Assembly (NCBI RefSeq): GCF_044324875.1
Contig: NZ_CP172185.1
Length of the DNA stretch: 64,000 nt
Source: Escherichia coli
GTDB lineage: Bacteria; Pseudomonadota; Gammaproteobacteria; Enterobacterales; Enterobacteriaceae
Reading direction: 5' to 3' (one strand)
Below, in pieces: positions 50,585 to 60,477 of this stretch (position 1 is its first letter; every line of letters begins with the position of its first letter). Both the position numbers and the translations under genes were made by a program. The notes beneath the pieces were generated by a model. The model saw nothing but the letters and a program-made list of their open reading frames with translations, searched no databases and was not told the origin of the DNA.

Positions 50585-52306
50585 ATGCGCGCTTTGCTAC
50601 CCTATCTGGCACTGTATAAACGTCATAAATGGATGTTAAGTCTTGGTATTGTGCTGGCAATTGTCACACTGCTCGCTAGTATCGGTCTGTTGACACTTTC
50701 CGGCTGGTTCCTCTCCGCCTCAGCGGTAGCGGGGGTTGCCGGACTGTATAGCTTCAACTATATGCTACCCGCTGCGGGCGTGCGTGGCGCAGCAATCACC
50801 CGTACTGCCGGGCGCTATTTTGAACGTCTGGTAAGTCACGACGCGACTTTCCGCGTGTTGCAGCATCTGCGCATTTACACCTTCAGCAAATTGCTGCCCC
50901 TATCCCCTGCCGGACTGGCGCGCTATCGTCAGGGCGAATTGCTCAACCGCGTGGTGGCGGATGTTGATACGCTCGATCATCTTTACCTGCGCGTTATCTC
51001 GCCGCTGGTGGGCGCTTTTGTGGTGATTATGGTGGTGACAATCGGGTTAAGTTTCCTTGATTTCACCCTCGCCTTTACGCTGGGCGGCATTATGTTACTG
51101 ACGCTTTTCCTGATGCCACCACTGTTTTATCGTGCGGGAAAAAGCACCGGGCAAAATCTGACTCATCTACGCGGGCAGTATCGCCAACAACTGACGGCCT
51201 GGCTGCAAGGGCAAGCTGAGCTGACCATTTTTGGTGCCAGCGATCGTTATCGGACGCAATTAGAGAATACAGAAATTCAGTGGCTGGAAGCGCAACGTCG
51301 TCAATCTGAACTCACCGCATTGTCGCAAGCGATAATACTGCTCATTGGCGCGTTAGCGGTGATCCTGATGCTGTGGATGGCGTCTGGCGGCGTTGGCGGC
51401 AATGCTCAACCCGGCGCGTTAATTGCCCTGTTTGTCTTCTGCGCGTTAGCCGCGTTTGAAGCACTGGCACCAGTAACGGGTGCATTTCAGCATCTGGGGC
51501 AAGTCATTGCCTCTGCCGTACGGATCACTGACTTAACGGATCAAAAACCGGAGGTCACCTTCCCTGATACCCAAACTCGTGTTGTCGATCGCGTTTCGCT
51601 GACGTTACGGGATGTTCAGTTCACTTATCCGGAGCAATCCCAACAGGCACTTAAAGGGATTTCTCTTCAGGTAAACGCCGGAGAACATATAGCGATTCTC
51701 GGGCGAACCGGATGCGGCAAATCAACGCTGTTACAACTGCTGACCCGCGCATGGGACCCGCAACAGGGCGAGATTTTGCTTAACGATAGCCCCATAGCCA
51801 GCCTGAATGAAGCGGCTCTAAGACAGACCATCAGCGTTGTTCCTCAGCGAGTGCATCTGTTTAGCGCCACGCTGCGTGATAATCTGTTACTCGCCTCGCC
51901 TGGCAGTAGTGATGAGGCTCTGGCGGAGATCTTACGTCGCGTTGGTCTGGAGAAGCTGCTCGAGGATGCAGGTCTCAACAGTTGGTTAGGTGAAGGCGGA
52001 CGCCAGCTCTCCGGTGGTGAACTACGCCGTCTGGCTATCGCCCGTGCGCTGTTACATAATGCGCCGCTGGTATTGCTGGATGAACCTACAGAAGGCTTAG
52101 ATGCCACAACCGAAAGTCAGATCCTTGAATTGCTTGCAGAAATGATGCATGAGAAAACGGTGTTAATGGTCACCCATCGACTTCGCGGACTCTCTCGTTT
52201 CCAACAGATAATAGTGATGGACAACGGGCAAATTATTGAGCAAGGTACTCACGCAGAACTGCTTGCCAGACAGGGGCGTTATTACCAGTTTAAGCAGGGT
52301 TTGTAA
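50585..52306 (+). CDS. cydC: Cysteine/glutathione ABC exporter subunit CydC
   Basis: 573 aa, GRTGCGKST Walker A. Confidence 0.95.
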   Translation: MRALLPYLALYKRHKWMLSLGIVLAIVTLLASIGLLTLSGWFLSASAVAGVAGLYSFNYMLPAAGVRGAAITRTAGRYFERLVSHDATFRVLQHLRIYTFSKLLPLSPAGLARYRQGELLNRVVADVDTLDHLYLRVISPLVGAFVVIMVVTIGLSFLDFTLAFTLGGIMLLTLFLMPPLFYRAGKSTGQNLTHLRGQYRQQLTAWLQGQAELTIFGASDRYRTQLENTEIQWLEAQRRQSELTALSQAIILLIGALAVILMLWMASGGVGGNAQPGALIALFVFCALAAFEALAPVTGAFQHLGQVIASAVRITDLTDQKPEVTFPDTQTRVVDRVSLTLRDVQFTYPEQSQQALKGISLQVNAGEHIAILGRTGCGKSTLLQLLTRAWDPQQGEILLNDSPIASLNEAALRQTISVVPQRVHLFSATLRDNLLLASPGSSDEALAEILRRVGLEKLLEDAGLNSWLGEGGRQLSGGELRRLAIARALLHNAPLVLLDEPTEGLDATTESQILELLAEMMHEKTVLMVTHRLRGLSRFQQIIVMDNGQIIEQGTHAELLARQGRYYQFKQGL

Positions 52307-52347
52307 GCTATTATTGAACGATCCGACTTGCGTGGAGTTTTGCGGTC

Positions 52348-53052
52348 ATGCGCCTGGTTCAGCTTTCTCGCCATTCAATAGCCTTCCCTTCCCCGGAAGG
52401 CGCATTACGTGAGCCTAACGGCCTGCTGGCACTTGGGGGCGATCTTAGCCCTGCGCGCCTGTTAATGGCTTACCAGCGTGGTATTTTTCCGTGGTTTTCT
52501 CCAGGCGACCCCATCCTCTGGTGGTCGCCCGATCCTCGCGCGGTGCTTTGGCCTGAATCACTGCATATCAGCCGTAGTATGAAGCGATTTCATAAACGCT
52601 CGCCCTATCGTGTCACGATGAATTACGCTTTTGGTCAGGTCATTGAAGGCTGTGCCAGCGATCGCGAAGAAGGAACCTGGATCACGCGTGGCGTGGTCGA
52701 AGCCTACCATCGCCTTCACGAACTCGGTCATGCCCACTCCATTGAAGTCTGGCGTGAAGATGAGCTTGTCGGCGGTATGTACGGCGTGGCCCAGGGAACG
52801 CTATTTTGTGGTGAGTCCATGTTCAGCCGGATGGAAAATGCGTCTAAAACGGCGCTTCTGGTATTCTGTGAGGAATTTATTGGTCATGGCGGTAAGCTTA
52901 TCGACTGCCAGGTCCTTAACGATCACACAGCGTCGCTTGGTGCCTGCGAAATTCCCCGCCGGGATTACCTTAATTATCTCAATCAAATGCGCCTCGGACG
53001 ATTGCCGAATAATTTCTGGGTACCACGGTGCTTGTTTTCACCACAAGAATGA
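52348..53052 (+). CDS. aat: Leucyl/phenylalanyl-tRNA-protein transferase
   Basis: 234 aa, [34 protein letters not shown]. Confidence 0.95.
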
Positions 53053-53333
53053 ATGTTTTCGGCACATTTCTCCCCAGAGTGTTATAATTGCGGTCGCAGA
53101 GTTGGTTACGCTCATTACCCCGCTGCCGATAAGGAATTTTTCGCGTCAGGTAACGCCCATCGTTTATCTCACCGCTCCCTTATACGTTGCGCTTTTGGTG
53201 CGGCTTAGCCGTGTGTTTTCGGAGTAATGTGCCGAACCTGTTTGTTGCGATTTAGCGCGCAAATCTTTACTTATTTACAGAACTTCGGCATTATCTTGCC
53301 GGTTCAAATTACGGTAGTGATACCCCAGAGGAT

Positions 53334-53555
<222 letters not shown>

Positions 53556-53736
53556 TTGTTTTACCGCCTGATGGGCGAAGAGAAAGAACGAGTAAAAGGT
53601 CGGTTTAACCGGCCTTTTTATTTTGTGATATGTATGAAGTACTTTGGAAGTATAAGTCCATAACTTGTCTCGATGTAGATATACTGCACAACTTGTTTAC
53701 AGTATGAGCAAACAATAATTATCATTAAAATTCTTC

Positions 53737-53765
53737 TTGACCGTTTTACTCCAACTCCCTATAGT
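53737..53765 (+). promoter_or_regulatory. serW promoter TTGACC-N17-TATAGT with GC-rich discriminator
   Basis: Hexamers at 53737-53742 and 53760-53765, followed by AGCGCCCCG. Confidence 0.6.
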
Positions 53766-53808
53766 AGCGCCCCGTTGCCACCCATGAGGTTTGGTAGCAA
53801 AACAATTT

Positions 53809-53896
53809 GGTGAGGTGTCCGAGTGGCTGAAGGAGCACGCCTGGAAAGTGTGTATACGGCAACGTATCGGGGGTTCGAATCCCCCCCTCACCGCCA
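53809..53896 (+). tRNA. serW: tRNA-Ser (GGA anticodon)
   Basis: 88 nt, GGTGAGGTGTCCGAGTGG...long variable arm...GGTTCGAATCCCCCCCTCACCGCCA; anticodon loop cuGGAaa. Confidence 0.95.
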
Positions 53897-53902
53897 TATT
53901 CA

Positions 53903-53938
53903 AAGAAGAGCTCGTACGAAAGTGCGAGCTTTTTTTTC
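53903..53938 (+). terminator. serW terminator
   Basis: GAGCTCGTACgaaaGTGCGAGCTTTTTTTT. Confidence 0.75.
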
Positions 53939-54056
53939 GCATATTGCACTCCAGGGGGGATGAGAAGCCCCGACCGGGGTTCGACAACTGGCGCAGCCAG
54001 TTGGACAGACCACGAACACAGTGAGTGGGCTGCCCGCAGGGCGAGCGAAGCGAGTC

Positions 54057-54118
54057 AATCCCCCCTCACCGCCATATTTAAAGAAAAGCTCGTACGAAAG
54101 TACGAGTTTTTTTCGCAT
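54057..54118 (+). repeat. Degenerate second copy of the serW 3' end plus terminator
   Basis: AATCCCCCCTCACCGCCATATTTAAAGAAAAGCTCGTACGAAAGTACGAGTTTTTTTCGCAT versus 53878-53943, about 90 percent identical. Confidence 0.8.
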
Positions 54119-54203
54119 TTTATCTGCCTGTACGGCAGTGAACGGTATAAAAATCGAGTTTTTCTTTCGGTTGGCTTTCTAAGCTGCCTGTACGGCAGTG
54201 AAC
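54116..54203 (-). CRISPR. Orphan type I-F mini-array: 2 repeats, 1 spacer, no cas genes in window
   Basis: Minus strand GTTCACTGCCGTACAGGCAGCTTAGAAA (54203-54176), 32-nt spacer (54175-54144), degenerate terminal repeat GTTCACTGCCGTACAGGCAGATAAAATG (54143-54116). AT-rich leader-like sequence at 54204-54400. Confidence 0.8.
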
Positions 54204-54416
54204 TCAAATACTACACGTTTAGTCCGTTATTAATAAAGCAAAACCATCTCATTTTCCTGCTACCACCCTTTTTTATCCTTACCTTCCCGCAGCACTAATT
54301 ATCAACAACTTACCATCATCATCAAAAAAAGGGGCTGAACCTCCTCCACCCCATAAACAAAAAGTCCGTAACCTCTTTCGAGATTACGGACTTCACCAAC
54401 CTACCTAACAATTAGA

Positions 54417-56693
54417 TTAATGCGCTGCTTCCGCCTTGTGCTTTTGTGCACTCTGGAATCCATAAGTCAGCTCATTTTTCTCTTTATCCAGCGCAACCGT
54501 CACCTGACCGCCGTCCACCAGCGAACCAAACAACAATTCGTTGGCGAGCGGTTTTTTCAGGTTGTCCTGGATGACACGCGCCATCGGACGTGCGCCCATT
54601 GCCCGGTCGTAACCTTTCTCGGCCAGCCAGTTACGCGCTTCCTGGCTCACTTCCAGAGAAACACCTTTCTGATCCAGCTGAACCTGCAACTCGACGATGA
54701 ATTTATCCACTACCTGATGGATCACGTCGGTGGAGAGATGATCGAACCAGATAATGTTGTCGAGACGGTTACGAAACTCCGGCGTAAAGATCTTCTTGAT
54801 CTCTTCCATCGCATCGGTGCTGTTGTCCTGGTGGATAAGTCCAATCGATTTACGCTCAGTTTCTCGTACCCCAGCGTTGGTGGTCATCACCAATACCACG
54901 TTACGGAAGTCCGCTTTGCGTCCGTTGTTATCGGTCAGCGTACCGTTGTCCATCACCTGCAACAGAATATTGAACACGTCCGGGTGCGCTTTCTCGATTT
55001 CGTCCAGCAGCAGCACCGCATGTGGATGCTTGATGACCGCATCAGTCAGCAAACCGCCCTGATCAAAACCAACGTATCCCGGAGGCGCACCAATAAGACG
55101 GCTGACGGTATGGCGTTCCATATACTCGGACATATCAAAGCGCAGAAGCTCAATGCCCAAAGCTTTCGAAAGCTGTACCGTCACCTCTGTTTTCCCGACC
55201 CCGGTAGGGCCGGCAAACAGGAACGAACCAACCGGTTTATGTTCGTGACCTAAACCTGCACGCGCCATCTTAATGGCTTCAGTCAGCGCCTCAATGGCTT
55301 TATCCTGACCGAAGACCAGCATTTTCAGGCGATCGCCGAGGTTTTTCAGGGTATCGCGGTCACTCTGCGAAACACTCTTCTCTGGAATGCGCGCAATACG
55401 GGCCACCACGGACTCAATATCCGCCACATTAACGGTTTTCTTGCGTTTGCTTACCGGCATCAGGCGTGCGCGAGCGCCCGCTTCGTCGATAACGTCAATG
55501 GCTTTATCCGGCAGATGACGATCGTTAATGTATTTCACCGCCAGCTCTACCGCTGCACGCACCGCTTTTGCGGTATAACGCACGTCGTGGTGCGCTTCAT
55601 ACTTCGGTTTCAGGCCATTGATGATTTGAACAGTTTCTTCGATCGACGGTTCAGTAATATCAATTTTCTGGAAGCGACGCGCCAGAGCACGGTCTTTCTC
55701 GAAAATGTTGCTGAACTCCTGATAGGTTGTCGAACCAATTACGCGAATTTTACCGCTGGAGAGCAGCGGTTTGATCAGGTTAGCCGCATCGACCTGGCCA
55801 CCAGAGGCTGCACCCGCACCGATAATGGTGTGGATCTCATCAATAAACAGGATGCTGTTAGTATCCTGCTCCAGCTGCTTGAGCAACGCTTTAAAACGTT
55901 TTTCAAAGTCGCCGCGATATTTTGTGCCCGCTAACAGAGAACCGATATCGAGAGAGTAAATCGTACAGTCAGCCATCACTTCCGGCACATCGCCCTGAAC
56001 AATTCGCCAGGCAAGACCTTCTGCAATCGCGGTTTTACCGACACCAGATTCCCCCACCAGCAGCGGGTTGTTTTTACGGCGACGGCAGAGAACCTGAATA
56101 GCACGCTCCAGCTCCTTCTCACGACCAATCAGTGGGTCGATTCCGCCCACGCGTGCAAGCTGATTCAGGTTCGTCGTGAAATTCTCCATACGTTCCTCCC
56201 CACCAGCTTGTTCTTCGCTGTTTGGCTGGCTGCCAGGATCAGAAGACTGTGTCGGCTCGTCTTTACGCGTGCCATGAGAGATAAAGTTCACCACATCGAG
56301 ACGGCTGACTTCATGTTTACGCAACAGATATGCCGCCTGCGACTCCTGTTCGCTAAAAATAGCGACCAGAACGTTTGCACCGGTAACCTCATTGCGACCG
56401 GAGGACTGGACATGGAAGACCGCACGTTGCAGTACACGCTGAAAACTCAGCGTCGGCTGTGTGTCGCGCTCCTCTTCACTGGCAGGCAGAACGGGTGTGG
56501 TTTGTTCAATAAAGGCTTCCAGTTCCTGACGGAGCGCAACCAAATCCACAGAACACGCTTCCAGCGCCTCCCGGGCAGATGGGTTACTGAGCAGCGCCAG
56601 TAACAAGTGCTCGACGGTCATAAACTCATGACGGTGCTCGCGCGCTCTGGCGAAAGCCATATTTAAACTGAGTTCCAGTTCTTGATTGAGCAT
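54417..56693 (-). CDS. clpA: ATP-dependent Clp protease ATP-binding subunit ClpA
   Basis: 758 aa from [24 protein letters not shown]; two AAA modules. Confidence 0.97.
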   Translation of the reverse strand: MLNQELELSLNMAFARAREHRHEFMTVEHLLLALLSNPSAREALEACSVDLVALRQELEAFIEQTTPVLPASEEERDTQPTLSFQRVLQRAVFHVQSSGRNEVTGANVLVAIFSEQESQAAYLLRKHEVSRLDVVNFISHGTRKDEPTQSSDPGSQPNSEEQAGGEERMENFTTNLNQLARVGGIDPLIGREKELERAIQVLCRRRKNNPLLVGESGVGKTAIAEGLAWRIVQGDVPEVMADCTIYSLDIGSLLAGTKYRGDFEKRFKALLKQLEQDTNSILFIDEIHTIIGAGAASGGQVDAANLIKPLLSSGKIRVIGSTTYQEFSNIFEKDRALARRFQKIDITEPSIEETVQIINGLKPKYEAHHDVRYTAKAVRAAVELAVKYINDRHLPDKAIDVIDEAGARARLMPVSKRKKTVNVADIESVVARIARIPEKSVSQSDRDTLKNLGDRLKMLVFGQDKAIEALTEAIKMARAGLGHEHKPVGSFLFAGPTGVGKTEVTVQLSKALGIELLRFDMSEYMERHTVSRLIGAPPGYVGFDQGGLLTDAVIKHPHAVLLLDEIEKAHPDVFNILLQVMDNGTLTDNNGRKADFRNVVLVMTTNAGVRETERKSIGLIHQDNSTDAMEEIKKIFTPEFRNRLDNIIWFDHLSTDVIHQVVDKFIVELQVQLDQKGVSLEVSQEARNWLAEKGYDRAMGARPMARVIQDNLKKPLANELLFGSLVDGGQVTVALDKEKNELTYGFQSAQKHKAEAAH

Positions 56694-56723
56694 AGGCACC
56701 TCCCCCAATTTTTATGCCTGCAT

Positions 56724-57044
56724 TCAGGCTTTTTCTAGCGTACACAGCAATGGATGCTCATTCTCCCTCGCGTACTTGTTCACCATCGCCACTTTGGTTT
56801 CTGCAACCTCGGCGGTAAAGACTCCGCAAATGGCCTTCCCCTGGTAGTGAACAGCGAGCATCAATTGCGTTGCACGTTCTACATCATAAGAAAAGAATTT
56901 TTGTAACACGTCAATAACAAACTCCATCGGAGTGTAATCATCATTGACTAATATCACTTTATACATAGATGGCGGTTTTAGCGCGTCGCGAACTTTTTCT
57001 TCCGCCAGTTGATCAAAGTCCAGCCAGTCGTTCGTTTTACCCAT
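56724..57044 (-). CDS. clpS: ClpA adaptor ClpS
   Basis: 106 aa, [43 protein letters not shown]. Confidence 0.97.
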
Positions 57045-58067
57045 TGTCAGTTATCATCTTCGGTTACGGTTATCGGCAGAACGCCCTGCCGCTGACAAGA
57101 GCTTATTTGCCTGACCAATCTACTCCACATGATAGATAACTATCATTTATATCATTTAGTTAATTAGTCTTTATTTTTCATTATGTTGCAAATAACAAGC
57201 CCGTCAAAAACAGTGATATTAACTACACCATTAACTACACCGCTTCACGAACAATATCGAACAACCGCGAACAAAGATCAACACGCTTTAATCATTATCA
57301 TTTTCCGGCTATCCGTCATGAAGCTGGTGGATGATCTGCGTGGTGATTTCCACCATTCAGAGCAGGGGCGGTCATCATGACCATGCCATAACAAAAACCC
57401 CATATTCGTGGTTTTTCTGTGTCGGGGCTATTCTGCTGTTGCCGTGCTGGTGGATATTCTCCGGTATGCGGCTCCCCATATCGGCATCAGGCCCACCAGC
57501 GTGAAGCGTTTTTCATTTTTCGCGGGTATAAAAAATCGATGGGGCGGGCAGTCCTGAAGACGTCAGGGTACAGAGATTTGACCCGCCCCTCCCTGTGAAT
57601 GAGCACAATAAGTAACCGAAGGCGGAATTCCGCCCTCGGTACTTACATATGAGAAACGATATTTCTTCCACCGATACCCTTTATTTGGGTATCGCGAGTA
57701 AGCCCCAAAATCTGGGTGTTACTCTTACTACCCAAACTACGGGTAGTTTCCGTAGTTTCATGGTCGAGTTGCAAATCTGCAACTCACCCACCAGCCAGCG
57801 CAATGTCGCATTATCAGTCCTCAGATGTGAGGGATGTAGCCAGCTTTTCCCCCAGTGGGGATTATCCAGTTACCGACGGTTTAACCGCCTGTGCCAGCAC
57901 AACGAAAGAATTTGCGGGTAGCTTTAAACTACTCACAACATCCCATCTTACAGGCCGTGCCTTTCTAACTTTTTACAATGCAATAAGTCAGGTAACGCTA
58001 TGCGTTCCACCGTGTACACCGCGCCAGTAAAACCCCCGGATTCGTGGTTTTCCTGAATATCAGGAAT

Positions 58068-58367
58068 CTACCGCCGCAACCGTTCCGGCTTCTTCCACTG
58101 ATAAGTGTTTTTCGCGCTCTCCCTCCGTTGTTGAGAACGGCGACGGTATGCCAGCAACTCAAGGACTCTGGTTCGTATGTTGCGCATATCCACGCCGTTA
58201 AGCTCAATACCATCACGGCGCATCACCTCAGCAACAACACACGCGTAATTTTCGGCTATCACGCTGTCCGGCTGCGTGGCCTCCTGTTCGCCAGCCTGCT
58301 GGCTGATTCCGGTAATACTGCGGATTATCCCGATCGCTTCGGTCTCGGTCATGGTCATGTCCTCCAT
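58068..58367 (-). CDS. Hypothetical small protein at the island terminus (start uncertain: 58367, 58358 or 58352; ORF open to 58442)
   Basis: Frame ...MEDMTMTETEAIGIIRSITG... with basic C-terminus; AAGGAGG and GGAGGA upstream of the internal Met codons; own AT-rich promoter region. Confidence 0.4.
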   Translation of the reverse strand: MEDMTMTETEAIGIIRSITGISQQAGEQEATQPDSVIAENYACVVAEVMRRDGIELNGVDMRNIRTRVLELLAYRRRSQQRRESAKNTYQWKKPERLRR

Positions 58368-58603
58368 AGTGATGGCGGGTCCTCCTTGTGGGGTGCCCTG
58401 CCACGGGGCGGGAGCATCGCGGAAAAAGGCTAGTTTTTGCATTTTTATTCGTTATCACCACCAATGCAATATATTGATATGACTTGATGTTTTATTTTTC
58501 GGTGTCGATTTCGATTGTTTTTTGTTCATCACTGACGCATAACGCCCACCAGCGCAACGCTGAAAGCCAGTCAGTAAACTGGCTTCGGTCATTGTGCACT
58601 ACG

Positions 58604-59188
58604 TTACTTGTCTTTATCCGGCTGAAACTTATCAGGCACATTTCCGGTAGTTTCCATCAGATAATCGGACAGCATTCGCGGGATGTTTTCATCAAGTTTT
58701 GTGCATGCGTTACAGGCTCTGACAACTTCTTTTTTCAGGCCATCCAGCATGGCGGGGGTCATCTGTGGGAAGCTCCTTTGCATAGTAAGCGGGAGGCTGT
58801 CCATGATTGATGAAATCTGTCTCGCCAGTTTTGAAAGCGCGTACATGCAAAACTCTGTATCAATCACGTCACCGCGATCGCGCTCGTTTTTAAGTTCCTG
58901 CGCATCTGCCTGTGCTTTTGTGAGACGGTAGCGTTCGTAATCAATCGTACCGGGCTGCAGATCCGACTCAGCAGCCACGCGCATATCGTCGACTTCCTTA
59001 CGAAGTTTTTCATTTTCAATGTCGGCCTCACGCTGAGCGAACCACTCAATCGCTTTTCCCGTATCAAAAATCGCTTCATTCCCTTTCCCGCCGCCTGATA
59101 TCAGCGGCAGCCCCTGATTTTGCCAGGTGGATATAGTCCGCACATCAACATCAAAAATCTCAGCCAGCTTTTTCTTGTTAACCCTCAC
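58604..59188 (-). CDS. Lambda Nu1-like terminase small subunit
   Basis: 194 aa, GTG start. MRVNKKKLAEIFDVDVRTISTWQNQGLPLISGGGKGNEAIFD...EIENEKLRKEV...DLQPGTIDYERYRLTKAQADAQELKN aligns along its length with lambda Nu1 as I recall it. Confidence 0.85.
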   Translation of the reverse strand: MRVNKKKLAEIFDVDVRTISTWQNQGLPLISGGGKGNEAIFDTGKAIEWFAQREADIENEKLRKEVDDMRVAAESDLQPGTIDYERYRLTKAQADAQELKNERDRGDVIDTEFCMYALSKLARQISSIMDSLPLTMQRSFPQMTPAMLDGLKKEVVRACNACTKLDENIPRMLSDYLMETTGNVPDKFQPDKDK

Positions 59189-59380
59189 ACCAGCATCCCC
59201 TCCAGCAAGAAAATGACCCGTTTTTTTAAGAAAGGATCTTAAAACTGCCTTTTCAGGCGAAACGAAGCCTTATCAGATCCTTTCTCAGAACAAATAAAAT
59301 TCAATATACACAATGACTTACAAAAAAGAAGAACGGATCTGAATTTCCCGTAAAAATTTCATAAGGAGTTGTTTTGCGCG

Positions 59381-59392
59381 AGGTCGCCGCCC
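59381..59392 (-). other. cosN-like site identical to the lambda 12-nt cohesive end
   Basis: Minus strand GGGGCGGCGACCTCGCG contains lambda GGGCGGCGACCTCGCG (16/16). It lies about 190 nt upstream of the Nu1-like start, as in lambda. Confidence 0.75.
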
Positions 59393-59432
59393 CGTAACGG
59401 GTCCACATGCCGGAAAGGACCCATAAAAAATA

Positions 59433-59458
59433 AAGCCGGACTACTCCGGCTTCGTCTC
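59433..59458 (-). terminator. Intrinsic terminator after the ProQ/FinO-like gene
   Basis: Minus strand AGCCGGAgtagTCCGGCT followed by TTATTTTTT. Confidence 0.65.
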
Positions 59459-59475
59459 TTCATGTGGTCAGGGTT

Positions 59476-60060
59476 TTATGCTTTCCGTACGCCCGAGGAA
59501 CTGGCATTTTTCAGAATAATATTATGCCCTGCTGGTGGCTTACCGTTATGCTTATTTTCTGCCTTCATGTTTCTGCGCTCCTGCTGTTTTTTCTTCATCT
59601 CATCCAGTCGCTTCCCCGCGTTCAACTGGTGCTCCTGTGTCACCTCCCCGCACGGATGGCCTTTCAGGTCGTAACGCACGCCACCAGCCATCAGGGAACG
59701 GTAATATCGCACTGAACTGACATAATACGCCAGCGTTGCGCGAAGCGCTCCCTGACCTAATGAAATACCTCTCGCAGTAATATCCTCCATCAGGTCATCA
59801 AATATGCCAACCTTAAGCGGTCTGGGCGATTCCTGGCTGAAAAGTTCAGGCCAGAGCGCGGCAAGGCGTTCAACGCGTCTGATATTTTTTTTCCGGCTCT
59901 TTTCTGATTTGCGTTTTGCTGCCGTCTTCTGTTGTGTTTTCTGCTCGCGGCTCTGCTTTTGCGCTGGTGTGGTTTTATCCGGCTGTTCAGCCTCCTGCGT
60001 CTTTTTCTGCGGTGTGCCGTATATGCCTTTTGGTTTTCGGTTAATGGTCAGCTTTGTCAT
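59476..60060 (-). CDS. ProQ/FinO-domain RNA-binding protein
   Basis: 194 aa from ATG 60060 (GGGGGAGAA RBS). LAALWPELF...PLKVGIFDDL...ALRATLAYYVSSVRYYRSLMAGGVRYDLKG is the FinO/ProQ signature as I know it. Lys-rich tails. Confidence 0.7.
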   Translation of the reverse strand: MTKLTINRKPKGIYGTPQKKTQEAEQPDKTTPAQKQSREQKTQQKTAAKRKSEKSRKKNIRRVERLAALWPELFSQESPRPLKVGIFDDLMEDITARGISLGQGALRATLAYYVSSVRYYRSLMAGGVRYDLKGHPCGEVTQEHQLNAGKRLDEMKKKQQERRNMKAENKHNGKPPAGHNIILKNASSSGVRKA

Positions 60061-60139
60061 GTTCTCCCCCTTTGTGCTGTTCCACCAGCGGCATCTGCTA
60101 CCCCGTGTCGCTCCCGCTGGTGTCGTGTTTCCCCGCCTG

Positions 60140-60460
60140 TTAATAACCGTCATCATTTACGTTATCAGGGTAATCACGCCATATTTCATCAGTAAGCGAC
60201 GGTAGCCCCATCTGTTGTATTGTCCTGTCTGCGGCCCTTCTGACTGCGTGAACATCATAACGGTTTTCAGGTATCGGGCGCTTTGCCTTCCTGATACATT
60301 CCCTTGCTCTCATTGCCGCAAGTTCTCTGTGCCTGTCTTCCTGAAGAGTAATCATCACATCCTGCCACCTTCTGGCAGCCCGTCGCCACAGTCCCCTGCT
60401 CTCGAGTTCTTCTGCTGTCGCGTCGCTTATTGTCCGGTTCTTCGGTGTGCTGTTGTTCAT
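60140..60460 (-). CDS. PerC/Pch-like small transcriptional activator (tentative)
   Basis: 106 aa; AEELESRGLWRRAARRWQDVM resembles the PerC-family core. Confidence 0.4.
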   Translation of the reverse strand: MNNSTPKNRTISDATAEELESRGLWRRAARRWQDVMITLQEDRHRELAAMRARECIRKAKRPIPENRYDVHAVRRAADRTIQQMGLPSLTDEIWRDYPDNVNDDGY

Positions 60461-60477
60461 GTTGCTCCCCGCCTGAT

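Noticed and set aside
57183-57380. 65-aa ORF upstream of clpS as a possible cspD replacement
   Set aside because: No similarity to cold-shock domain proteins, no RBS, and it lies in what looks like the clpS promoter region.
57649-58030. 90-aa and 104-aa plus-strand ORFs in the island junction
   Set aside because: No RBS, overlapping each other in different frames, with composition unlike proteins. The region is better described by its hairpins.
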